A stretch of DNA of 19,361 nucleotides from Oopsacas minuta (lineage: Eukaryota > Animalia > Porifera). The notes beneath the pieces were generated by a model. It saw nothing but the letters and a program-made list of their open reading frames with translations. It searched no databases and was not told the DNA's origin. Position 1 is the first letter of the stretch. Each line of letters opens with the position of its first letter. The position numbers and the translations under genes were made by a program. The DNA lies in the NCBI GenBank assembly GCA_024704765.1, contig JAKMXF010000111.1, positions 429,076 through 448,436 of the forward strand. The letters run 5' to 3'. Shown one piece after another: positions 1 through 9,154 of the stretch.

Positions 1-255
1 TCAGCTGGAAGTTTATAGATCTCTCCTGGATATTTGTTTTCGTTGGATATAAAAAAATGCAATATTTGATTGTAGAGTTGATCATCCATCAAAACAATGC
101 AGTAAATATAATTGATAGATCAAATAAGTACATATGCTCTTCTAGTATATTTATAATAGTTGAAACACTAATATAGACATTGTAAGTGTCACCGCCACAC
201 ACATCACTTGTATTCTACAAGCAGATAACATCATAATTTGTTGACTATTAACTCA

Positions 256-480
256 GGGGTAGAATCTGGGCTAGCCCAGACTATACCTGGGGTTAATTTA
301 GGCTAGCCCAGATTAACCCCCCTTCTGGGGGTTAATCTGGGCTAAAGGGTATACTCTGGGCTAGCCTATATTAACCCCGGGGCTTAATCTGGCCTAGCCC
401 AGTTTATACCTGGGGGTTAATCTAGGCTAGCCCAGACTATACCCGGGGTTAAACTGGGTGGGGAGGCTAATCTAGGCTGT
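256..480. repeat. Cluster of about 6-7 tandem, self-palindromic 32-33 bp units (consensus near GGGGTTAATCTRGGCTAGCCYAGATTAACCCC)
   Basis: Perfect palindrome TCTGGGCTAGCCCAGA at 265-280. Similar units start near 256, 289, 327 (partial), 347, 379, 412 and 445 (partial). There are no unique spacers between them. Confidence 0.85.
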
Positions 481-482
481 TA

Positions 483-642
483 CACCGGCCCTCCACTAGG
501 CGCCTTAGGCAGTCGCCTAGGGCGGTATAATCTTTGGATTTAGAGTGATTTTACTCTTTGATTAATCAAAATCCTGTGAAGGGCGGCACAGTTTCATAGT
601 TGCCTAGGGCGGCAAAATTTCAAACCGCCTCAAGGACCGGTC
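483..642. mobile_element. Possible degenerate MITE with short imperfect terminal inverted repeats
   Basis: ACCGGCCCT at the left end versus AGGACCGGT at the right end (8/9 match as inverted repeat). GCCTAGGGCGG occurs twice internally. No TSD found. Confidence 0.3.
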
Positions 643-823
643 AGTTAGTACCTTATAATTAATTTGCAGTTAGGCATCGTAGTACGTTGGAACACTTATT
701 TCGAGTCCAAGAAAAATAAGGAATTTTGAGGATCAATTTGGCATAAAATAAAATGTCCTGCTGACAGATTGGTAGTGCAGCTCGGGGTTATTAGTTTTGT
801 TTTATCAAGGTGATATAATTGTA

Positions 824-853
824 GTTTCCTGTCCTCATATTTCGTAGTTCACG
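824..853. mobile_element. Solo terminus related to the right end of the P-like element at 9155-11182
   Basis: GTTTCCTGTCCTCATATTTCGTAGTTCACG matches GTTTCCAGTCCTTCTATTTCGTAGTTCACG (11153-11182) at 27/30 positions and stops exactly at the element end. Confidence 0.7.
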
Positions 854-1068
854 ATTTGTTCTAAGAAGTGCCTGAATTGACACTCCCTGTTCAAACGCCT
901 AGCTACTATATATATGATAGTGTGATAGATATGCGTATTGTAACGATATATCATATTTCAATCCACTCTCATATATCCATATCCATATAGCTAATATAAA
1001 TACTAGATTTATATGCTACATTCTTCCAAGTTCTTTTACATTCTTTCATATACCGTTACCAAACTACC

Positions 1069-1389
1069 ATGGCTACTGTGCTCAAAACTCTCGCTGAATT
1101 CGATGCTTGTATACAAGGTAATGCCAAAGTGGCTGTTGATTTTACAGCTGCCTGGTGTGGACCCTGTAAATTTATTGGGCCTAAATTCATAGACTTGATT
1201 CCTAATTACCCCAACATCAAATTTGTGAAAGTAGATGTGGATGAGAATTCTGAAACTGCCGAAAAATACAATGTTTCAGCAATGCCCACATTTAAATTTA
1301 TCCATAATCAGGTTGTTACAGACGAACTGGTTGGAGCATCCGAAGATGGGTTGAAAAAAAGATTGGATGCACTAAATGCTATCGCATGA
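1069..1389 (+). CDS. TXN: Thioredoxin (cytosolic Trx1 type), 106 aa, single exon
   Basis: VDFTAAWCGPCKFI active-site motif, FVKVDVDE and SAMPTFKF cis-Pro loop, typical length, strong ACCATGG start context. Confidence 0.96.
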   Translation: MATVLKTLAEFDACIQGNAKVAVDFTAAWCGPCKFIGPKFIDLIPNYPNIKFVKVDVDENSETAEKYNVSAMPTFKFIHNQVVTDELVGASEDGLKKRLDALNAIA

Positions 1390-1646
1390 AAGCGTGTTAA
1401 CATGTTTTAGTTGTTCTTTAGATTTATTCAGTGTATCCATTATTGGGCATTTAGCTTATTATTTCGTGTATTTAGATATTAGAAGTGTGTGATATTATAA
1501 CCATACATATTTTGTTACTGTAGGGACTGACATGGTCATAGGCATCATATTCCCTTTCCGAGCGCCCAGAAGCCTACCCAGAATTTACCCTGGTGACTTG
1601 CGTCCATGGATCCGATTGTTTATGCAGGGATATTTATTTCATGCTC

Positions 1647-3571
1647 CGGCTCGGAGCCTGGAGCACGGGCCATTTATCAATCAGGGTACGGATCCACACG
1701 GAGGGTGGAGAACGCGACATTTTAGTGGAGTGCACTCCTATTTGAGTACAAATAATTCATGATTCATTGTTATCCTGCATAAAAAGTACTAAACGTGACG
1801 GGAGAAATTATATACTTGGGAGTTTTTCCATAATTAGTTAATTACTATATGAAAATGAGTTGATAATGATTTTGATGGATTTCTGGCATTTATCGACTGC
1901 ACAATAGTCCAATTAAATACTGACTGAATTAATCAATCTATAGTTTCCGTCAATGTGATTTGAGGGAGAAATATTTAACAGAGTTTGCACTTAGCGTCGA
2001 GTGGATGGTTCCAGCAATTTCCACCATTCAGTCAATTGTTACAAATTCCACCACCTTCACCATTCAATCAAACCCTACAGACAGTGCGATTGTGTGTACA
2101 AATATAAGGTACCTAAACGTCGCACTAGCAGAGATGCCAACTCTCATGCATAAACCGTAAGTCTAATAGTGCTTTATGACCACTCTCACCTCTCTCATGT
2201 CATTTCCCAAATCTCACTTATAAAAAGCTAGTGAGACATTTGTGCACAGAAACGTCCCTCTCCGATTATATTTGTTATGGACAGTATGAGAAATTGGGCA
2301 TTATGCATGATGCCCAGGCAATATGCATGATTCTACTCTTATTGCATGCAGTGGAGGCGCTAGTTCTCCGTGATTGAAGGGGTTAAAGGTTTAATTATAA
2401 GTTATCAAAGCAAAATACAGTAATTAATTTTAGGAACATTATGAATACTTTAGAATCAGCTGTCCAATTAACAAACCTTATACGAATTATATATTTTAAT
2501 AGCTACGGTATGTTTAATTGAGGAAGATAGTAATTAAATTATGTTGGAAAATTGATGCATAAGGAATAATTAGTAATCTCATCAATCTCATCTCCTAATT
2601 TTACTAGTGGCTCTGGATTTTTAAGATGTATTATTCACCAAGATTTATTCTTTTATTTTAGCGATCCATACTTGGGCAGATAATTCTATTGGTTTCCAAT
2701 TGATAGTTCTAGGTCTGCAATAATTACTATTTATTCGGATAAAAGAAAATGATGATTATTTTCAATGTGATATTATTGCAATAGCGATTATCCTAAATGA
2801 GATGGTACACAATATCGAATTTTCAAAATGTATATAAAGCAGTCAGTAATAAAGGTTTAAGATTTGCATACTTTTTTCTAGATCCTAGTCTTTTACTTAT
2901 CAGCCCCATCATTTTATGGGGCTGACAAAAATTTTTGATGAGGCTCTAGCCGCTTCTCTAACGTCGCCAGTGATTGCATGATGCTACTCTTAGAGTGCCT
3001 GGTAATAATTATGCGACTTTTAATTAATTCAATTAATGAAAACTGATAGTAGATATAGGATATTCTATCATGCTAGATTCAGCTATATGCATTTCGGTCG
3101 GACAATCTATGTTGTAAGTGGTCTTCCTGAACAAAGTACGTCAATTGATATTGTTATAAATGTTTACATCTCAATTTGTAACAATTGACTGAATGGTGGA
3201 AATTGGTGGAACCATCCACTCGACGCTAAATGCAAACTCTGTCAAATATTTCCCCCTCAAATTACATTGACGGAAACTATGGATTGATTAATTCAGTCAG
3301 TATTAAATTGGACTATTGTGCAGTCGATAAATGCCAGAAATCTATCAAATTCATTATCAACTCATTTTCATATAGTAATTAACTAATTATGGAAAAACTC
3401 CCAAGTATATAATTTTCCCGTCACGTTTAGTACTTTAATGCAGGATAACAATGAATCATGAATTATTTGTGCTCAAATAGGAGTGCGCTCCACTAAAATG
3501 TCACGTTTTCCACCTTCCGTGTGGATCCGTACCCTGATTGATAAATGGCCCGTGCTCCAGGCTCCGAGCCG
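1647..3571. mobile_element. Non-autonomous foldback-type DNA element with about 400 bp terminal inverted repeats (superfamily unassigned)
   Basis: 1647-2047 is the reverse complement of 3173-3571, with about 17 differences counted by hand. Termini are GGCTCGGAGCC...GGCTCCGAGCC. The interior is non-coding and no TSD is visible. Confidence 0.85.
2349..2972. mobile_element. hAT-type MITE (624 bp) nested inside the foldback element
   Basis: Perfect 8 bp TSD ATTGCATG at 2341-2348 and 2973-2980. Imperfect TIR CAGTGGAGGCGCTAG versus revcomp CACTGGCGACGTTAG (11/15). CA ends plus an 8 bp TSD are the hAT hallmark. Confidence 0.8.
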
Positions 3572-3698
3572 CCGAAATGTTACGAACTCCTTTCATGCTT
3601 TTTCATTTGGATATTATAAATAACCATTCTGACTGACACTTAAATCCAATAATCAATTTACTCACATTAGAAATCCTGTCAACATCAACAAAACACCA

Positions 3699-4875
3699 AT
3701 GTTATGGATTACACGCAAAAGAGTAATGATATTAACATTCATTCTTCTCACTGGATTAATATTATATGAGTTGTCACTACAAACGTCGTTGAATACTCCA
3801 TTATCAATAATTTGGGAGGTCTAACTATTAAAAAACAAGTTAACATTCAAAACCTATCTAATTCATCATGAATAAATTATAGAAATAACTGGGATGGTAA
3901 TATTTTGATAGAAACTCTTAGTCCAGAATTACGAATACGCCTACCAGATGAATACAGGCAGGCAATGATCAAGAAGGGACCACACCCTTTGGTACAAGTA
4001 TACCCAAAGTTCTTAGAGCGTAGTAATTCTCTTAGAAATAATTGTAAAAAAGTTCACAGCCAATTTACAAACATAGTAAGGCTCAGTCTACTTTTATTGC
4101 ATGTTAATGACGATTATGAGGTTGTGAACTCTTGGGTGGCAAAAGCATCGTCTTTCACGTGGGCCACAAAATTTGGGAATATGATTGGGATTACTGAAAA
4201 ATTGGACAGAAACATATGTATAAATTTAGTTTATCGAGGTATATACATCGGCCTTTAGATCTAGCACGCTGCATCCAAACATACACTAAATTCCTCATAT
4301 ACAGACATACATTAGAACGACTTGTCTCTGCATATCATAACAAATTTGTAATTTCTAAGACTTATCAGTTCACTAATCTATACGGTAAGGAAATTATTAA
4401 GAGCAATTATCTGACGGTTACTGAAGGTCCCGACTATGGAAAGCTATCTCTTGAACAAAGCAAAAATTGCGAAACAACAGGAGCGTCTCTTATTGCCACT
4501 AAAAGATTTGAATATTAGCTTTTTAGAGCTTGTTACTTATATCACTAGCTTCCTGAAATGTAATCGCCTGTATTCATTGGATAATCATTGGATGCCAATC
4601 TTTATGTGGCATAATCCCTGTGCTGTAGATTTTCAGGACAGAGCAGAAAATTTATCTAGACCGTCTGAATGCTGGAAAAATTGATCCTCCTCGCTGGGAA
4701 ATGAAAATATTCTAGATATTATACAAAGGGGAGACAATTCTAAATTTTTGAAATTTAATACCGACGAGAAAAGAAAATAGATATTCTGTAATTCCGTATT
4801 TCTATAGAACTATAATCAAGAAGATATTATAGTAAGTATGGACAAATTCTGTATCTATTTAATATTGTCAGGTGA
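3699..4875 (+). pseudogene. Carbohydrate sulfotransferase (Sulfotransfer_2 family, CHST8-14/HNK-1ST-like) pseudogene
   Basis: Type II membrane anchor MLWITRKRVMILTFILLTGLILY from ATG 3699. WVAKASSFTW resembles the 5'-PSB motif. YTKFLIYRHTLERLVSAYHNKF is the 3'-PB motif, followed by SFLELVTYI and LDNHWMP..NPCAVDF. These pieces lie in different frames: frameshift near 3805-3824, in-frame TGA 3869-3871, frameshifts near 4230-4258 and 4500, and a decayed C-terminus. The 3' end is approximate. Confidence 0.88.
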
Positions 4876-5656
4876 CAGAAATGTCACGTCATTTAGTTAC
4901 AGTCGAAAAATGGGTAAATTCCGAAAGTTTTTAGACTATACATAGCCAAAATTAAGTTATAAAAATGTCAAAAGATTCCTACCCTATATCGCTATTTTAA
5001 CTGCACCGTAACTTACAATGTAAGTCCTCAATTGAGATTCTCTAAGTATAAGCTGAAAAAATTTTGAGTTATCGAATGCACGAATTTATTAACCTCTAAT
5101 TCCAAATATGACTACCATACTTACCAAGCCTTGTAACTGATTACCTTGATATTTGTCTAGAAATTCCTGGATTTTCAAAATATTCAATGGATTTATAATT
5201 TTATTTGCATATATTAAAATATGAATTTTTCCGTCTTTTATCAGAAAAATGCAAATTTTCCCTTAATTTAGTAAATTTTCCCTTCGATCGTAAGTCAAAT
5301 CCCTGGTTAACTCCATTTCTATATAAACGAGTTAGTTCTATTCTCGAAATTCTATATGGTTTTTGTCTAGGATTGAGTGCAATATTTGATGTAGGAGGCG
5401 TTTAGGATTGTCAGACGTTAGGGTTCGGAGCCCATAGGCATAGTGTAATTCATTATTTTACCTAAAGCTGACGGGACACTCGAAATTTATTATACTTCTC
5501 TGATTTTATCTATACCAACCTTTGGCTCGTCGCTTCGCGATGAACTCGTTCCCATTGCGCCTCGAGGTATCCATTATTCTCCATATTGACGGCTCCTTCG
5601 AGTATTATAGTATAGATATATTTAGAATAATGTAATTCACAAATTTACGTATATGT

Positions 5657-6634
5657 GTGCAAGAGGAAACACTGAGCAACTGGTTTTTCTGGATTAGTGT
5701 TTAGGTGACCAGGATCACCTTTGACACCGGATTTGATGCATATTCTTTTGTGAATTACATACTGGCCAAACTTTGTCATCTACTTCCCCGGACGGATCAC
5801 AAAGTTCCCCTTGACACCAGATGTTTTCTCATTCGAAAGAGGGCAGGGGAGCTTAGGAGTAGCAGCAACAGGATTTTTGTTGGGGGCCAAGCCTATATAA
5901 TCTATCCAGCTTACCACTATCTCTTAGTGTAATCATTGTATTCAATACGTTTTGGAGGGGCATTCTGAGAATATTGGTGACCCCGTCCCGACCCCACATG
6001 GGCTCGTAACCTCTCAATTTTGAGCTACTTTGTCCTATACAGTTCACACATTCTGGACATTTTCATATGCGCTTCTATAATAAATACAAACCTTCATGCA
6101 AATATTCAACAACGTATACATATATGCCTACCCATGGTTTCATCCAGGCGTATTCGACGCGCCTACTGGCGCATGAATTTCAGCGAATATAGATCTGGCG
6201 CGTCAAAATTCGAGCAAGATCCCATACCGTAATACTATATGTATGCTCTACAGGCGTAAAATGAGGGGATGATTTAGGCGTATGGTTCAGAAATACTGGA
6301 TGAAACCCTGTCCATACCTGCCAAGTGCAAACCTATTAGTGTTATATCCATATATGGAGCTTTAATTTTCCCACTTGCATTAGCCATTTTTGTAATTGAG
6401 GACGTAACTAAATTTGTGTCTATTGTGTGATGAGTCCAAATGTGATATTGTAAACAACATTTCATAAACATTTGTTCACTTTTGGGATATAATGTAAGCA
6501 GATTTGAAGATTATGGCAGTATCATGTTTGGTATGGTTAAGATTTTGTTCTCGATGGCCGTAGGCCCGAGTGGACACGAATTGTTCGTAACCGAGCACGA
6601 GCAAGCGAAGCGCGATCGTATATATTAATATAGT
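5657..6634. repeat. About 1 kb non-coding sequence shared with 14175-15156; probably an unclassified TE carried in the A/C duplication unit
   Basis: Colinear similarity to 14175-15156. It contains a nested hAT MITE and ends in a hairpin-rich GC motif (CGAGCAAGCGAAGCGCGATCG). True element boundaries cannot be fixed because both copies share flanks on the right. Confidence 0.6.
6133..6310. mobile_element. hAT-type MITE family 2, copy 1 (about 180 bp)
   Basis: TIR CATGGTTTCATCCAG / CTGGATGAAACCCTG with a decayed TSD TGCCTACC / TCCATACC. Homologous to 14651-14831 and 17775-17958. Confidence 0.85.
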
Positions 6635-6921
6635 AAGTCAACGATTTAATGCTGAGCCAATATACTAATGTCCTCCTTTTTCAGACATGTGTTGATGTTG
6701 ATGGTCCACAAACCTTTCCAAAACCTTACTGCGGCTGAACATGAATTAACCAGGGTTATGTTATCGGTCTAGACTGTACAGAAACTAACAATCAGGGTCC
6801 TGCCCGGTCCATGATATTCCCCGACTGCTGTAACACTGGAACAGTGTCTAATAATATATGAGATATACTAGACACACATTATATGATACGGTACTTGTAA
6901 TAGACATATTATACTCTATAC

Positions 6922-7391
6922 CAGAGATGGAACCGGTCGGGTCGGGTCGGGTCGGTTACCGGTCGAAGATCTCGACCGACCGGTAATAATTTCTGAATAT
7001 GGTAAATCTGAATTTGGTACTGTAATCATATTGACCAAAAACTTCAACTTAGCAGTTTGATTAAACTAAACCATAACTAAACAATTTAGTACAGATCTTA
7101 TCTTATAGTAGATTTGTTACTTAATCAACTATTGTCTTTTCTCTATTTAATGAAAATCTATCTCAAATTATCAATAATTATTATAATTCTTACTTTATTT
7201 ATTTATCAACCTTGAGCAAGCTAGATTTTCTACTTTCTGCTGTATCCACAGAATATTCAATATATTCTCGCCATGTGCCACTTGTGTCACAAGTGGCAGG
7301 GTGTTCCAATACTTTTGGCCAGGCAGTGTATACTCAAAGTTACCAGTCGATCCGGGTCAGGCCATGAAAAAGCTGACGGGTTCCATCTCTG
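6922..7391. mobile_element. hAT-type MITE family 3 upstream of NHL gene A (470 bp)
   Basis: TIR CAGAGATGGAACC / GGTTCCATCTCTG with a perfect 8 bp TSD CTCTATAC (6914-6921, 7392-7399). The empty site with one CTCTATAC is visible in paralogue B at 11213-11220. Confidence 0.93.
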
Positions 7392-7474
7392 CTCTATACA
7401 CATAATATGCATAAGCCACTTTATATATTTCTATATTATCATCGTAATAGCTTTTTACTGAAATATATGTGAAA

Positions 7475-8773
7475 ATGGCAACTCCATTGATACATGAAAT
7501 TCCAGCCTCTGGACCTGTTAGCTTGATGCCTGTCAGCAACAAGCTACAGGACAGAATGAATATACTGAGAGACGTGATTGACAGCAAGAAGACACTTGTA
7601 AGAAATGTTGGCGAGGAAATGAAACAGCTGATAGAACAGAAGACACAACTGATTCTCAGGGAACTGGAAGGGATCTGGGATGGAGCGAACCAAAGAATGA
7701 ATCAGAAAAAAGATGAAATCCACAAAAAGATTGAAGAGTTAAACAGATACAAAGCAGAGATGGGGAAGATCTTCAAAGATTTTAATGAAATTCCCTGTTT
7801 CGACCAAATCGATGAATCTATAGAATCCGTGAAAAGAGGAATGAATATTGATATTCCTTATGTGAACTTGAAATGGAAAGTTAATGAGTTGAGGGAGAGT
7901 ATCAACACACTGTGTACATGTGAACAGAGAATTGTGAAGTTTGTAGAAGATATTCATATTCCCCTGAAGTCAAGTTTTGGTGACAGAGGCGAGCTAAATG
8001 AACAGATACATGATCTATTTGATGTAGCAATAGATCTATTTGGTGTAGCAATAGATTCTATCAATGATATAATATATGTTGCTAATAGGGAGTCTATCAT
8101 AGTTCAGATATTCTCTGGAAATGGAGAATGGATTCATTTTCTAGAAGAAGAAATTGATGATCCAGAGAATATTCTCATTCTATCTGACTCCATCTTTGTA
8201 CAATGCATGAAGAGAATATGTAAATTCAACAAATCAACCTTTGAGAAAGAATCTTGCAAATATCTTGACTGTCTTCTATCAGGAATCTGTACAGATCATA
8301 CTTATATCTTTGTGGGTGAATTTGAGAATATACAGCTAACAGTCCTAACACCTGAATTGATGGAAGAAAGGAGTATAACTCTTAACACTCAATTCAAAGG
8401 AGAAGATACTCGGTTACGAGATATATCACTAGCTAGAGATGTATTCTATATAGCTCTTACTGATACAGATTATCCTATACAAGCATTCTCTAAACAAGGC
8501 ACATTAATTAGATGTGTTGTACATAAAGATTTGTTGGATGAAGTGCGGTGTTTCTGTATTGATCAACAACACAACATACTCGTAGCTGATACAGGAACTT
8601 CTGAGGTCAAAATATTCTCAAATGAAGGTAAACTGATTACTAAATTCGGTAAAGAAGGATCAGCTCCAGGAGAATTCACTGAGTTAACGGGAATAGCAGT
8701 GGATGACTTATGTTCTATTTTAACTGTAGATAATAAGGAACATAACATGATACAGGTCTTCTCACCTCTCTGA
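7475..8773 (+). CDS. Coiled-coil plus six-bladed NHL-repeat beta-propeller protein, copy A (432 aa from first ATG)
   Basis: Uninterrupted ORF with a helical E/K/Q-rich N-terminal region. NHL-like blades include GVAIDSINDIIYVA..VQIF, ILVADTGTSEVKIFS and FGKEGSAPGEFTELTGIAVD. No RING or B-box Cys/His pattern. The ORF track starts at GTG 7469; AAAATGG at 7475 is the likelier start. Confidence 0.9.
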   Translation: MATPLIHEIPASGPVSLMPVSNKLQDRMNILRDVIDSKKTLVRNVGEEMKQLIEQKTQLILRELEGIWDGANQRMNQKKDEIHKKIEELNRYKAEMGKIFKDFNEIPCFDQIDESIESVKRGMNIDIPYVNLKWKVNELRESINTLCTCEQRIVKFVEDIHIPLKSSFGDRGELNEQIHDLFDVAIDLFGVAIDSINDIIYVANRESIIVQIFSGNGEWIHFLEEEIDDPENILILSDSIFVQCMKRICKFNKSTFEKESCKYLDCLLSGICTDHTYIFVGEFENIQLTVLTPELMEERSITLNTQFKGEDTRLRDISLARDVFYIALTDTDYPIQAFSKQGTLIRCVVHKDLLDEVRCFCIDQQHNILVADTGTSEVKIFSNEGKLITKFGKEGSAPGEFTELTGIAVDDLCSILTVDNKEHNMIQVFSPL

Positions 8774-8936
8774 GTCTCTCACTTTTTCTTACTTTTTATT
8801 TGTTCATTTGTTTACTCAGAATTATCCTAAATGTAATTTCCCCTGTTTTTATCTGAAAAATTTATATCCCAAGTTGCAATGAGAGATAATTATTCATATT
8901 TTACAACGAGCTTATTAATTTACTGCCATTATACTA

Positions 8937-9070
8937 CGTATAACCTCTATAAGTGGGGATTTCAACCGCTTGCCTATAGCTTGGAAGTAGGAAATAGATT
9001 TGACTCTGCTTACCACGAAATGAATCAGGTGTCCCGAGCATGAGCACTTCGTTATAACGAGAGTTTACTG
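8937..9070. mobile_element. Possible degenerate pogo/Tigger-like (TA-target) MITE at the A/B junction
   Basis: The right end CGTTATAACGAGAGTTTACTG|TA resembles CAGTAAA..TATAACG-type termini. The left end TA|CGTATAACCTCTATAAG is only a weak match. Confidence 0.35.
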
Positions 9071-9154
9071 TAGTATGTTTAATTGAAATCAATTCCATAA
9101 GTACAGTGTCTAATAATATTTGAGATATATTTAGACACACATTATATGATACGG

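Noticed and set aside
256-480. CRISPR array
   Set aside because: The palindromic repeats have CRISPR-like length, but there are no unique spacers, no cas genes, and the context is eukaryotic.
1532-2160. Short ORFs of 76 aa and 66 aa
   Set aside because: They overlap the TIR of the foldback element and show no recognisable motifs, so they are probably chance ORFs.
2129-2305. Another small hAT MITE (CAGAGATGCCAACTCTCAT ... ATGAGAAATTGGGCATTATG)
   Set aside because: The inverted match is loose and there is no 8 bp TSD.
4872-4887. Hairpin GTGACA-GAAA-TGTCAC as a terminator or Helitron end
   Set aside because: A 6 bp stem is expected by chance, there is no U-tract or CTRR end, and rho-independent terminators do not apply to a eukaryote.
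5853-6471. Minus-strand ORFs repeated at 14309-14557 and 14795-14992 as a conserved small gene
   Set aside because: Their similarity is explained by the segmental duplication. Lengths and starts differ between copies, and no domain is recognisable.
7357-8748. Antisense ORFs within NHL genes (also 11274-12569 and 15943-17220)
   Set aside because: These are shadow frames of the real coding strand and recur only because the genes are paralogues.
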